NCBI GenBank assembly: GCA_023485295.1
Contig: JAMCZQ010000007.1
Span: 26,335-90,334 of the forward strand
DNA length: 64,000 nucleotides
Direction of reading: 5' to 3'
Source of the DNA: Candidatus Marsarchaeota archaeon
GTDB lineage: Archaea; Micrarchaeota; Micrarchaeia; Micrarchaeales; Micrarchaeaceae
Part shown: one piece after another, positions 35,206 through 45,265 of the stretch
Layout: every line of letters begins with the position of its first letter
Position numbering within the stretch: the stretch's first letter is position 1
Program-made: the position numbers and the translations under genes
Notes under the pieces: generated by a model
What the model saw: the letters and a program-made list of their open reading frames with translations, nothing else
Told to the model about the DNA's origin: nothing
Databases searched by the model: none

Positions 35206-35769
35206 TCACTCTGTTTGCTGCTGCGCCTGGCTTGCAGTGTCTGCAGTAGCATATTCGAGGTTGACCTTGTAGAGCCCTGACAGCTTCGATGCGCCGCGCA
35301 CGAACGCCTTTTTGACATGCTGTATGTTTTTGGCCCTGGTCTTTACCATGAAGACTGGCTGGCCCTCTTTCAGCCTTGCAGCCACGCTTACCGGCTTGCC
35401 GAATGCGTGGCTCATTCCCTGCGATATACGGTCTGCCCCTGCGCCGGTTGCCATCTTGTGCTCTCTTATAATCATATGCGGATATACGAGCACCTTAAAG
35501 TAGAAGTCGCCAGGCATGTTCGTTTCAAGGTACTTGTTTATTATCTGCCTCGCCGATTCGATGGAGTTAGACCTAAGCTGTATGCGCTGCTTTGTGTTTA
35601 GCGTAAGCTTCAGGTCGAACTCTGGCTTGTCGCTGCCCATGTTGAACACCAGCAGGCTTGTATGCGGCCTTGCCCTTATGTAGTTCTTCCTCGGCTTTTT
35701 CTGGGAGTACCTGGACCATGACTGCGAAAAGATGTATCTGAACGTGCGCGCCGGTCTTATTCTAGCCAT
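35206..35769 (-). CDS. rpl10e: 50S ribosomal protein L10e (uL16)
   Basis: MARIRPARTFRY...; typical L10e N-terminus and length. Confidence 0.9.
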   Translation of the reverse strand: MARIRPARTFRYIFSQSWSRYSQKKPRKNYIRARPHTSLLVFNMGSDKPEFDLKLTLNTKQRIQLRSNSIESARQIINKYLETNMPGDFYFKVLVYPHMIIREHKMATGAGADRISQGMSHAFGKPVSVAARLKEGQPVFMVKTRAKNIQHVKKAFVRGASKLSGLYKVNLEYATADTASQAQQQTE

Positions 35770-35914
35770 ATTAAACACTCATTAAACTGAATCAAAACAA
35801 GCAGAAACACTTGCGATAATAGTTTATAATGAAAACCTATAAAAAGATTATTGAAAATGATGCCCCAAACAATAATATTAAAGCATTTGGCTGTGATATA
35901 TTGGCGGTGGAAGC

Positions 35915-36949
35915 ATGGAACTCGTGGATAATGCGTTAAACGATAATTTTGATGAATACCTATTCAAGGCAAAGATTGCTGTCTGCGGCGTCGGCGGCGG
36001 CGGAGGCAATACTGTGCAAAGGATTTTTAAGCAGGGGATAAAAGGAGCAAGCCTTATAGCGCTTAACACCGATGCAAAGCAGCTCAACAGCATAGAGCCT
36101 TCGATACACAGGGTTCTCCTTGGTGGCTCTTTGACGCGAGGCCTTGGCGCTGGCGGCTTTCCGGAAATAGGGCTCAAGGCAGCAGAGCTTTCGAGGCCTG
36201 AAATAGAAAAAGCATTAGATGGCTACAACATGGTGTTTGTATGCGCTGGCATGGGCGGCGGCACAGGCGGCGGAGCTGCTCCTGTAGCTGCAGAGATAGC
36301 TAAAAAGAACGGCGCCATAGTGATCGGCATAGTTACGTACCCATTCAGGCTCGAGAAGGTGCGCCTGCAGATCGCGGCCAAGAGCATAGAAGCGCTCAGG
36401 AAAAATGTCGATACCCTAATAGCGATAGACAACCAGCGCCTCGTAGACCTTTATCCAAACCTCGCGATAGAGCAGGCGTTCAAGCTTGCAGATGAAGTCA
36501 CTTCGCGCGCTGTCAGGGGCATAACAGAGACGATAAACACGCCAAGCTTCATAAACCTTGATTTTTCAGACGTCCGCACCATAATGAACGGCGGCGGCCT
36601 TGCAATGATAAGCGTAGGCGAAGGCAAGGGCACAAACAAGGTAGAGGACGCAGTGGAAGACACTATGCGCAACAAGCTGCTTGACGTGGATTATGAAGGC
36701 GCAACTGGCGTAGTCATACAGATAACAGGCGGCGAGGACATGACATTGGGGGAGGCAAACGAAGCAGGCAGAATGCTCACAGAGCAGGCTTCGCAGAATG
36801 CCAATGTCATATGGGGCGCAAGGATAGACCCTGCCTACAACGGCAAAATGGAGATAATTGCAATATTTACAGGGGTGAAAAGCCCGTCAATCTTCGGCAG
36901 CAGCGAGCCTGAAAAGCGCCAGGGCGACCTTGGCATCGGAATGCTGTGA
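35915..36949 (+). CDS. ftsZ: Cell division GTPase FtsZ (paralog A)
   Basis: 344 aa. GVGGGGGN, GLGAGGFPEIG, AGMGGGTGGGAAP, NLDFSDV. Confidence 0.9.
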   Translation: MELVDNALNDNFDEYLFKAKIAVCGVGGGGGNTVQRIFKQGIKGASLIALNTDAKQLNSIEPSIHRVLLGGSLTRGLGAGGFPEIGLKAAELSRPEIEKALDGYNMVFVCAGMGGGTGGGAAPVAAEIAKKNGAIVIGIVTYPFRLEKVRLQIAAKSIEALRKNVDTLIAIDNQRLVDLYPNLAIEQAFKLADEVTSRAVRGITETINTPSFINLDFSDVRTIMNGGGLAMISVGEGKGTNKVEDAVEDTMRNKLLDVDYEGATGVVIQITGGEDMTLGEANEAGRMLTEQASQNANVIWGARIDPAYNGKMEIIAIFTGVKSPSIFGSSEPEKRQGDLGIGML

Positions 36950-37034
36950 GCGATGCCCAAGCCACGCAAGCACTAAATAATAGAACGGCAGAAATAATAC
37001 CGTAAGCTTTAACGCTCTGAGATAGGTTGATATA

Positions 37035-37682
37035 ATGGCATTCTTAAAAGATGGCGACAGGGAAGCGGTCAGGAAGGCTTTCGAGAACAATATGGAAGGG
37101 CAGGTTTCGATAATTCATTTCACTGATTCGAAGGAAAACTGCGAATACTGTGACGAAACATTGGCGCTGCTCAAGGAGGTCCAGGCCCTTGACAGCCGCA
37201 TCAAGCTGGTGGAATACGACATAAAAAGCCACTCTGCCGAAGCCAAATTCCTCGGCGTCGATTCAGCGCCAGCTACAATAATCGGCGGCAAGCGCGTATA
37301 CGGCGTAATATTCCAGGGCATTCCTGCCGGATATGAATTTTCATCCCTTATAGGCGACATAGTGGATGCTTCAAAGGGCTCTACCGACCTGCCTGAAAGC
37401 ATAAAGAACGCGCTTAAGGGCCTGTCAAAGCACATAGACATAAAGGTCTTTGTCACTCCAACATGCCCCTATTGCCCCAAGGCAGTAAGGACTGCGCACA
37501 AGTTTGCCATAGAAAGCAAGTATGTGCACAGCAGCATGATTGAAGCCGGGGAATTCATGAGCACCGCTGAAAAATACGGCGTGATGGGCGTGCCGAAGGT
37601 AGTGATAAACGACAAATACTCTTTTGAGGGAGCGCAGCCAGAGGATGTATTCATGAGCTATGTCCTAGAGGCTGCGAAGTAG
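37035..37682 (+). CDS. Protein disulfide oxidoreductase (two thioredoxin-fold units, glutaredoxin-like)
   Basis: 215 aa. CEYC and CPYCP active-site motifs. Confidence 0.8.
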   Translation: MAFLKDGDREAVRKAFENNMEGQVSIIHFTDSKENCEYCDETLALLKEVQALDSRIKLVEYDIKSHSAEAKFLGVDSAPATIIGGKRVYGVIFQGIPAGYEFSSLIGDIVDASKGSTDLPESIKNALKGLSKHIDIKVFVTPTCPYCPKAVRTAHKFAIESKYVHSSMIEAGEFMSTAEKYGVMGVPKVVINDKYSFEGAQPEDVFMSYVLEAAK

Positions 37683-37686
37683 GCAG

Positions 37687-38919
37687 CTAAGCGCTCTCCT
37701 GTATGCATTTCATAAGGTATTCGCCAAATTCCTTAGTGCCTATTGGGTCTACGCTCATGAACCTTGCTATATCCTGCGTCACTTTCCTGTCATCCATCGC
37801 CTTGGCAATCGCCTTTTCTATTTCCGAAGCCGCCTCGTCCCAGCCCATGAAATTCAGCATGAGCTGCCCGGCCTTCAGCATGCCCATTGGGTTTGCCACG
37901 TTCTTCCCGGCATATTTGGGTGCGCTTCCATGCGCTGCCTCGAACATCCCGCCATTTGATCCTACATTTGCGCTTCCAAGCACGCCTATATCGCCTATCA
38001 ATGCGCCGCACGCATCAGAAACGTAATCGCCGTTCAGGTTGGGCGCCAATATCACGTCGTACATCTCTGGCTTTGTTATTATCTGCTGCAGCATGTTGTC
38101 CGCTATCCTGTCATTGAACAATATTTTGCCTTCGGGCATTTTGCCTCCGTACTTTGATGCCAACTCATCCTCTGTCACTATTTTGTCGCTGAACTCCTTT
38201 GTAGCGACTTCGTATGCCCAGTCCTTGAATGCGCCTTCCGTGTACTTCATTATGTTGCCCTTATGCATCACAGTGATGGATTTCCTTTTGTGTTCTATCG
38301 CGTACCTTATCGCCATCCTTGTTATCCTCTGCGTCTTGGATTTGCCAATCGGCTTTATGCCAATGCCTGCATCAGAATCTATGCTCACGTTCATCGTGCT
38401 TTTCATGAACTCTCTCACCTTCTCCGCCTCGGTGCTATTGTAGGGCCACTCTATGCCTGTATAAATGTCGTCGGTGTTTTCCCTGAAGACAACCATGTCG
38501 ACATTTTGCGGGTATTTCAGCGGGCTGTCAAGCCCTTTTATGTATTTGACCGGCCTTATGTTGGCGTAAAGGTCCAGCATCATCCTTATTGTTACGTTCA
38601 GCGAACGGAAACCGGATCCAACTGGCGTCGTCAGCGGGCCCTTGAACAATATCCTATACTTTTTTATTGTCTCTACAGTCGCTTCAGGCAGCCTGCTTCC
38701 TGATTTCTTCTCTGCTTCCTCGCCTGCATCAACCTCAAGCCAGTTTATGCTCCTGGAGCCGTTGTAAGCCTTCTTCACTGCCTCGTTTATCACTCCAACC
38801 GCAGCTTCGGATATCTCAGGCCCTATGCCATCGCCCTTTGCGAAAGGTATGGTGGGTTTGTCAGGAACCTGCCATTTCTCATTCTCAAAATTTATCATTT
38901 CGCTGTTTTTCTCTTCCAT
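37687..38919 (-). CDS. icd: Isocitrate dehydrogenase (NADP)
   Basis: IPFAKGDGIGPEI and GSAPKYAGK motifs. The start is probably MEEKNSEM at 38919, which removes the overlap with rad50 (the track ORF runs to 38955). Confidence 0.9.
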   Translation of the reverse strand: MEEKNSEMINFENEKWQVPDKPTIPFAKGDGIGPEISEAAVGVINEAVKKAYNGSRSINWLEVDAGEEAEKKSGSRLPEATVETIKKYRILFKGPLTTPVGSGFRSLNVTIRMMLDLYANIRPVKYIKGLDSPLKYPQNVDMVVFRENTDDIYTGIEWPYNSTEAEKVREFMKSTMNVSIDSDAGIGIKPIGKSKTQRITRMAIRYAIEHKRKSITVMHKGNIMKYTEGAFKDWAYEVATKEFSDKIVTEDELASKYGGKMPEGKILFNDRIADNMLQQIITKPEMYDVILAPNLNGDYVSDACGALIGDIGVLGSANVGSNGGMFEAAHGSAPKYAGKNVANPMGMLKAGQLMLNFMGWDEAASEIEKAIAKAMDDRKVTQDIARFMSVDPIGTKEFGEYLMKCIQESA

Positions 38920-38923
38920 AGAA

Positions 38924-41227
38924 TCAACCATCATTAGCATTAGTGGGCCCAGCAACTGCCTTGTCCCTTGTAAATTCGTATACCTTCGCCCCGCTTATCT
39001 GCTTGAGCGTGTCATCATGCGTTATTATGAAAATCTGGTCCACGTAATTCGGCAGAAAATTGCCGAAGACATCGACCATCTTTGATATGCCGTTCACATC
39101 TAGGTTGTGCGTAGGCTCGTCCAGTATGAGCCATTTCAGGTTCGGTGCTATGACCATTGACATTGCTATCCTCAATGCGAGGCATGCTATGCTGCGCTCT
39201 CCGCCGCTGGCTACTGCATCTACTGGCAGCCATACCGTGTTGCCTTCTATGCCCATGCCAGCCTCGAGGGAATAGTCATCGTTGTACGTATTGAGCATTA
39301 TTCCGGTGTAATCGCCGTACGGGTAAAGCCCTGGCCAGAGCTCGTCAAGCATGCTGTTTATTGTAGATACTAAGCTCGACCTGAGCCTGGTCTCCGTGTC
39401 TGCCAGCGCATCCTTAAACTTAGAAATATTGGAGATGTGCCTTCTGTGCTGCCCTGCCCTTTCCATTACGGCTTTTACCCTTTCTATGGCGCTCTTGTTC
39501 TCTTCCAGCTGCTTTCTTATCTTGCCGGACAATTCTTCCTCGGCCTTAAGCTCAGCGGAGAATTTTGCGAACTCTGAGTTCTTTGCGCTCAGCGCCTCTG
39601 TAACGCTTTCTATCTGCTTCATATCGACTTTTATGGATCCGAGATCCGCCCTCCTCGTCTTCAGAGCCGATTCTGATGCGGCTATCTCGGATTCGATCGA
39701 TGAAATCTTGTCCAACGCTTCTGACTTTCTCTTCGCCTCTTCAAATGCCTTAGATATCTTATCGCTGCCAGCTTTTAATTCTGCAAGCGCCTTTTCAACT
39801 GCTGTGTACTCAGCTGCATATCTCTCAAGCTCTTTTGAGAGTTTTTTGCTCTCCTCTTCGGCATTCTTGTACTGCTCCATCTTTGCCGTAAGCTTCACGA
39901 ACCTCTCCATCCTTTTGTTCAATGCGGATATCTCCTGCTCCCTGTTGCGGATGAGCTCCTCTGCGCCAGCTATGCTCCTTGATTTGGAAGCCATCAGTTC
40001 CCTGCGCTCTTTCAAAAGCCTTTCGCGAAGCTCAGGCGTTATGACTTGCTCGCAAACCGGGCATTTGTCGCTGTGCTCTTCAAGCTCGTCTGTCACTTTC
40101 CTTATCTCCACTAGGGCGCTTTTGCTGCTTTCCAATGCGGATATCGCTTTCTTCAGCTCTTCGTTTGCCCTGTCGATGCTGCCTTTTATAGAGCCCATTG
40201 TTTCGTCCCCAAGCTCGGCAGCTATCCTTTTTGCTTCGCCAACCATCTCCTGGCTCCTGCCTAATGCGGATTCTGCATAAGACCTATTTTTTATCAGTTC
40301 TTTCTCCTTTTTCTGCATTTCTTCAATCCTTGCCGTGCTCTTCTCAAGCTCGGCTGCCAGCCCGTCTTCTATTGCTTTCAGCTCCTCCTTTTTGCCTTGC
40401 GGCTTCTCAATCTTTGCAAGCTGGTCGCCAAGGGTCTTTATCCTGCTTTCAATTCTTGCTATGTCTTCCGAAATGCTCTTCTTGCGCTCGTTCTCAGCCT
40501 TCAGTTCTTCGTACTGCAACTTTAACGATGCAAGATCCTTCTTTGCTGCAGCCGCGGCCTTTTCATACTCTGATTTTTTCGCAGCGCTTGCTTCAAGCTC
40601 CTTCATCAGTTCAGCTTTGCTCTTTTCAAGTTCCGGCAGGTTTGAGCTTTCAACTAAGCGTTCATCCTCCTTCAGCAGGGTCTTCAGGTAGTTGGCCAGC
40701 GAAGTTGCATTCTCTTCCGCAGCAGCAAACCTGTCAAGCCCAAGCATGTTGTCAATCTGCTTTTTGCGTTCGCCTTTCCTAAGCTCCAAAAAATAGTCCA
40801 GCCTGTTCTGCTCAGAATATACTGCCCTGGAGAACACATCGTAATCTATCTTTAATATCGATTCTATCTCTTCGTTGACGCGCTCAGGCTGCGTCTGCAG
40901 GTACTTCCCGTTCTTTTCTATTTTGGCGTCAGCCTTTTTGCTCTTGTTTATTGTCCTTGTTATCCTGTATACATCCTCGCCAATCTTCATCGTAAGCTCT
41001 ACGCTTGCTGAGTGCTTTACCTCTGGCCTGCTCATTATTATGTCTTCCAACTTGTACCTTTTGTGCTCCAATGCAGGAAAAGTCCCAAACAGGGCAAAGG
41101 CTATGGCATCCATCATTGAGCTTTTCCCTGCGCCCATCATTCCAACAATTACATTCGTGCCGCTCTGAAAGTCTATGCTGGTGTCTTTATGCGTTTTCCA
41201 GTTGGTGAGCCTTATATGCGTTATCAT
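38924..41227 (-). CDS. rad50: DNA double-strand break repair ATPase Rad50
   Basis: About 767 aa. N-terminal Walker A GMMGAGKSS, long coiled coils, central zinc hook KCPVCEQ, C-terminal signature SGGERS and Walker B LILDEPT. Confidence 0.85.
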   Translation of the reverse strand: MITHIRLTNWKTHKDTSIDFQSGTNVIVGMMGAGKSSMMDAIAFALFGTFPALEHKRYKLEDIIMSRPEVKHSASVELTMKIGEDVYRITRTINKSKKADAKIEKNGKYLQTQPERVNEEIESILKIDYDVFSRAVYSEQNRLDYFLELRKGERKKQIDNMLGLDRFAAAEENATSLANYLKTLLKEDERLVESSNLPELEKSKAELMKELEASAAKKSEYEKAAAAAKKDLASLKLQYEELKAENERKKSISEDIARIESRIKTLGDQLAKIEKPQGKKEELKAIEDGLAAELEKSTARIEEMQKKEKELIKNRSYAESALGRSQEMVGEAKRIAAELGDETMGSIKGSIDRANEELKKAISALESSKSALVEIRKVTDELEEHSDKCPVCEQVITPELRERLLKERRELMASKSRSIAGAEELIRNREQEISALNKRMERFVKLTAKMEQYKNAEEESKKLSKELERYAAEYTAVEKALAELKAGSDKISKAFEEAKRKSEALDKISSIESEIAASESALKTRRADLGSIKVDMKQIESVTEALSAKNSEFAKFSAELKAEEELSGKIRKQLEENKSAIERVKAVMERAGQHRRHISNISKFKDALADTETRLRSSLVSTINSMLDELWPGLYPYGDYTGIMLNTYNDDYSLEAGMGIEGNTVWLPVDAVASGGERSIACLALRIAMSMVIAPNLKWLILDEPTHNLDVNGISKMVDVFGNFLPNYVDQIFIITHDDTLKQISGAKVYEFTRDKAVAGPTNANDG

Positions 41228-41338
41228 AGGATGCACTCGCAGGGGCCATAGTCCTGCTTATATAAGCAGAATCAGGAATAAATGGCAAACAAAAAATAAA
41301 TAGGCTACACCTATTTTTATGCAGTCTTGTATAAAGGC

Positions 41339-41716
41339 TTATCTCATTAGCGTCTGCAGCATAAATCTATCAATGATCTGCCTGGAGATCTCCATAAAGT
41401 ATGCCAGATCGCTAGCAATCTTGTCAGTATCCTTCTCATTCGGGTTAAAGTTTACGCGCAATTCCAAAGCCGGGCTGGCATCATTCTTTATATGCGCTAT
41501 AGTGTATTTGGCAACAGGCACCTTTTGCGAAGAACTAGAATAATTCATGTCAGGTGCCATTTCAATTACCGGTATGCTGCCGAACTCGGATACCAGCTTG
41601 CTGTTTATTGCAGCCTTTATCTTGTTGAAATCATCGTCGCTTAAATCCCTGCCAAGAGCCATTGTATAATTGGCGTAGCCCTTCGCTTTCTTTATGCCAT
41701 CTCTAGCTTCAACCAT
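41339..41716 (-). CDS. Hypothetical protein
   Basis: 125-aa ORF. No motif recognised. Confidence 0.45.
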   Translation of the reverse strand: MVEARDGIKKAKGYANYTMALGRDLSDDDFNKIKAAINSKLVSEFGSIPVIEMAPDMNYSSSSQKVPVAKYTIAHIKNDASPALELRVNFNPNEKDTDKIASDLAYFMEISRQIIDRFMLQTLMR

Positions 41717-41814
41717 GCAACCACTGTATTAAATATATGGATTGGAACTGGTGCGCAATTAATATAATAAGCTTTCGTCCAGTATCGTCAGGAATAAAAA
41801 GCGCAGCGGAAAGG

Positions 41815-42063
41815 CTATACGAGGCTCTCTTCGGAAACGTCTATCTGGCTTACCCCGGATATGCTCTTAAGCCCCTCCTCAAGCTTTGTAGAGGTTGTTT
41901 CAGACTCTTCGAATACAAAGAATACCTTTAGCACCTTAATGCCGAAGGCTATGTCCTGGGCTTCTATGCTCGCGGGCTTCATCTTCTCCTTTATCTGCCT
42001 TACCACAGAATCCATCTTGCCCTCTTCAGGGTAAACATTAAATACGACACCTATGCGCGACAT
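41815..42063 (-). CDS. ef1b: Elongation factor 1-beta (aEF-1beta)
   Basis: 82 aa. VVFNVYPEE...DIAFGIKVLKV...ISGVSQIDV pattern. Confidence 0.8.
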   Translation of the reverse strand: MSRIGVVFNVYPEEGKMDSVVRQIKEKMKPASIEAQDIAFGIKVLKVFFVFEESETTSTKLEEGLKSISGVSQIDVSEESLV

Positions 42064-42221
42064 TATGGTCCCTCAAATCCGCACTTCTCGCACCTGTATA
42101 TGTTTGTTATCTCTCTGCAGTGCATGCAGCGCACTATGTTGCTTTCCCCGCAATTCGGGCATTTGAATTCGGTATACTCGTGAGTGAGCCTACCGCATGA
42201 AACACATACCTTTCCTGGCAA
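42063..42221 (-). CDS. Small double zinc-ribbon protein (COG2888/DUF1610-like)
   Basis: CVSCG...CPNCG...CMHC...CEKCG. The upstream part of the track ORF overlaps the protease gene, so I propose the in-frame TTG at 42221; the start is uncertain. 1-nt overlap with ef1b. Confidence 0.55.
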   Translation of the reverse strand: MPGKVCVSCGRLTHEYTEFKCPNCGESNIVRCMHCREITNIYRCEKCGFEGP

Positions 42222-42237
42222 ATTGCTGGTTATAGAA

Positions 42238-44097
42238 TCACCTGTTATTCGCGCGCTTTGCCTGGGCTGCAGTCTTGCTGCGTCTCTGCCCGCTAGTTTT
42301 TGCCGATCCGAGAAGCTTGAGCAGGACAACAAGTATTGCAATCAAAAGCGCGATAATGATTATGAGCAGAACAATTATTATATCTATCGCTAGTTGCTCC
42401 TCTACAAACTGGGCCTGCAAGCTGGCAGCGGTCTGGTTTGTGCTTTCCGGCGTGGTGCTCACAGGAACAAGGTTGCTTTTTATCTGCGAAGTTGCATTGC
42501 TTATGAAGCCGGCAAGCATTGCAGCGTTATACCCGTTAAGCAGGTAGTTTGTCGCATTGCTCGAATTGCGTGCAAGCATCGATTCGTTAAGGTAGAAAAG
42601 TGCCTCCGCATCGAACTGCGTAGCCCATGAGCCGTAGCGCGTTCCATTGACCATGCTCTCTATGCCTGCCTCAAGCTGGGCATTGCTCAAAAGGCTCTGG
42701 TTTGTCACTTCATCCGTGCGTATGTAAGCAGCATCCAGAAGTGCCACTGGGTAATTTCCGCTCTTCAATGCCTGCTCGCCGCTTATCAGATATACACCAG
42801 GCACGTTAGCATCTCCTCCGCTCAATGCCTTTGAAATTTCGCTGCTTGCAATGGCCCCGAGCTCGCTATTGGGCGCCACCTTTGCCGCGCCTGCGCCATA
42901 ACCAGACGAATAGATGTGGCTTGCCGCATTGCACCAAGCATATGCCTCTGCTCCAGAATATACATTCCTTAATATGCCATCGGAGTCTATCGCTGTCGCA
43001 TTGTACTGGTCCAGCAGGCTTGTTATAGTCACATTGCCCCAAAGCTGCCTTAGCTCTCCGTTTGCTATGTAGTTGTAATTTACTGCCGTAAGGTTTGGCG
43101 GTGTAAGCGAACTGCAGTAATCTTCAATCGACCCTAGCAGGTCAAAGCCCTGCTGCTTTGTCAAGTGCGGGTTCTGGAACATAAACGAATTCAAATAGTC
43201 TATGAAAGCAATGTCGGCCCCTGCATAGTAATAGCCCTTATCGGATAATGCCTGCGCCTCGCCGAGCAGCGCTGACATGTTGCTGGTTATCGCCTTAAAG
43301 CCGCTGTATCTTGAGGCATTCAGCAGCGAGCTATTTGTGAAATTGAATGTGTAATCAGCAAGGCTCATTATCGTGCTCTGGTTGCAGAAGTTCGAGCACG
43401 ATATCGTTGCTTGCGGTATCTTTGACACGCTGTAATTCACATAGTTGTCAAACCTAATCCCCTTGCCTGCTATGCTGCCAGCGCCGCTAGCGTATGCGAA
43501 GGCCTGCGATACGTTGGATATTGGGACAACTTCTATGCCGAAATACTTCTCCGCAATGTAATATATCTCGCTCTCCAGCGAGTCATTCCCGGCAAACGGC
43601 ACCATAATGAAGCCCATTCCGCCGCTCTTTGCTGCACCTATCTTGTCATAAGCGCCTCCGATAAGCCCTATGCTTCCATTATAGTTTATCACGCCTGTGA
43701 CGGTAAAGTTGCTCATCAATGGCCTTCCGGAAAGTGCAGACAAGGCAAGAAGGGTCATGGCAGTGCCAGCGCTCGGCCCAGAGACGTTTGCGCCAGCATC
43801 GTATATGTCGTAGCTAAAGTTATAATCATTGAAATTTTTATGCAGTAGCGCAGATGCAACATGGGCTGCTGCGACCGACGAATTCAACGTGCTGTTCCCA
43901 ACTACTGCAGGCCCGCTTATGCTTACATAGCCTATGCCCTTCGTGACTGTCAGGTTTATTACTGTTATCACGCCGCTGTTGTTTTCGAGTATGACTGCAG
44001 GGGCGTGTATGCTGGCTGTGCCGACAATCTGCGCTCCAGCATACCCTGCTGTAAAAATAAGAAACATGAACGCTAAGCTGTAATATACGTGCTCCAT
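42238..44097 (-). CDS. Secreted/anchored serine protease with a Lon-type S16 proteolytic domain (archaeal COG1750-like)
   Basis: VSGPSAGTAMTLLALSALSGRPL...VTGVINYNGSIGLIGGAYDKIGAAKSGG. N-terminal signal (MEHVYYSLAFMFLIFTAGYAGA), sequon-rich, C-terminal TM plus basic tail. Confidence 0.65.
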   Translation of the reverse strand: MEHVYYSLAFMFLIFTAGYAGAQIVGTASIHAPAVILENNSGVITVINLTVTKGIGYVSISGPAVVGNSTLNSSVAAAHVASALLHKNFNDYNFSYDIYDAGANVSGPSAGTAMTLLALSALSGRPLMSNFTVTGVINYNGSIGLIGGAYDKIGAAKSGGMGFIMVPFAGNDSLESEIYYIAEKYFGIEVVPISNVSQAFAYASGAGSIAGKGIRFDNYVNYSVSKIPQATISCSNFCNQSTIMSLADYTFNFTNSSLLNASRYSGFKAITSNMSALLGEAQALSDKGYYYAGADIAFIDYLNSFMFQNPHLTKQQGFDLLGSIEDYCSSLTPPNLTAVNYNYIANGELRQLWGNVTITSLLDQYNATAIDSDGILRNVYSGAEAYAWCNAASHIYSSGYGAGAAKVAPNSELGAIASSEISKALSGGDANVPGVYLISGEQALKSGNYPVALLDAAYIRTDEVTNQSLLSNAQLEAGIESMVNGTRYGSWATQFDAEALFYLNESMLARNSSNATNYLLNGYNAAMLAGFISNATSQIKSNLVPVSTTPESTNQTAASLQAQFVEEQLAIDIIIVLLIIIIALLIAILVVLLKLLGSAKTSGQRRSKTAAQAKRANNR

Positions 44098-44175
44098 CAA
44101 ATCAACAATATTTTGGGTTAAATGCTTAAAAATAATGGGTTGAATTATATAACCGCAAGTCAATGCGCATGCAAA

Positions 44176-45132
44176 TCACAGGTTTTCATATTTCGTAGAC
44201 CTCTGCCATATGTCTTCGAACCTCGATACGGCTTCGCTCCTGTTTATGGAAACTATGTGCTCGCTTTTCCTGTTTATGATATTCATTGGCGGTATCTTGT
44301 ATGCGTTCTTGGAATCTATTATAAGCCTTTCATGCTGCTGCTGTGCGTCGTTGCCTGGCATTACTCTTAGCTCTAGGGAAATGCCCTTGTTGGACAGCTC
44401 TTCCTTGAAATCGAAATAGTTCCTGTGGAAATGGCTGCCAAGCCTGCTCGTGCCTGTCAGGATCCTTAGCAAGCTGTGCTCCTGCACATGCCCTTCCATA
44501 AGCATCAGCAGGTTCTCCATGGCTTTGTCGTCGAAATGCATGTCAAGTATGCTTATGTCTCCGGAAAGCTTGCTGAAGAACCTGCTGGAGAGCACAAGCA
44601 TGTTTGAATACGGCGTCTCAGGGTTTATGCTTATTGGCCTAAGCGAGTAGCTGCCGTGCCTCCTGCTGGAGTCTGAGAACCCTATGGCGCCTGCCGCTAC
44701 GCCAAGCGCTACTCCAGCGAAAGGCCCAAGCCCTATTAACGGGCCTAGGTAGAAATCCGCGTTTAATACTCCAAGCAGCATTCCAAATATGATTGAAGAG
44801 AATAGCATGCCAACGCTGAGCACCCTATAGCTTTGCCTTCCTAAAAGCCATACCGCGCCTATTGCAAATATTATGAGTGCAAACGGCAGCATTATGTAGG
44901 TTATATGCACGGCTATGGCAAGGGCAGAAGAGCCTGACAGCGAAGCGATCAGGGTATTGGAAGGCGTTATGTTGTATGCAGTTATCATTGAAGTTATGCC
45001 CTTAACAAGCCCTACAGAATACGAAAGCACCTGCATATAGTAGAAATCCGAAAGCATGGCTATGAAGCCTGCGATTAAGGCAGCATACGCTAGCGAAGTG
45101 TGCCTGGACTTTACCGGTGCCTGATTTTGCAT
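44176..45132 (-). CDS. Membrane protein (about 5 TM) with a C-terminal soluble domain of unknown function
   Basis: 318-aa ORF. Confidence 0.5.
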   Translation of the reverse strand: MQNQAPVKSRHTSLAYAALIAGFIAMLSDFYYMQVLSYSVGLVKGITSMITAYNITPSNTLIASLSGSSALAIAVHITYIMLPFALIIFAIGAVWLLGRQSYRVLSVGMLFSSIIFGMLLGVLNADFYLGPLIGLGPFAGVALGVAAGAIGFSDSSRRHGSYSLRPISINPETPYSNMLVLSSRFFSKLSGDISILDMHFDDKAMENLLMLMEGHVQEHSLLRILTGTSRLGSHFHRNYFDFKEELSNKGISLELRVMPGNDAQQQHERLIIDSKNAYKIPPMNIINRKSEHIVSINRSEAVSRFEDIWQRSTKYENL

Positions 45133-45265
45133 ATGGTTAATTCGCTTATAAACATTTAAGGCTTAACTAAAAGTTTCGATTTGCCAAGCCTTTGCAGGAG
45201 TGCGGCATTGCCGGAAAAAGCAGCATGGCAAGCAGGTTTATATCTATTGCATGAGAATATGATCT

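Noticed and set aside
39351-40280. 309-aa Ser/Leu-rich plus-strand ORF
   Set aside because: It is antisense to the Rad50 coiled-coil region. GAA/AAG-rich coding sequence generates open antisense frames. It has no motifs.
42222-42341. N-terminal extension of the zinc-ribbon ORF
   Set aside because: It overlaps the end of the S16 protease gene. The conserved four-CxxC core starts downstream. The start remains uncertain (the TTG at 42221 is proposed).
44176-44420. HERLIID stretch in the C-terminal domain of the 318-aa membrane protein, considered as a PLD-type HxK(x)4D nuclease motif
   Set aside because: The spacing and residue identity (R instead of K, D one position early) do not fit the motif, so no nuclease call is made.
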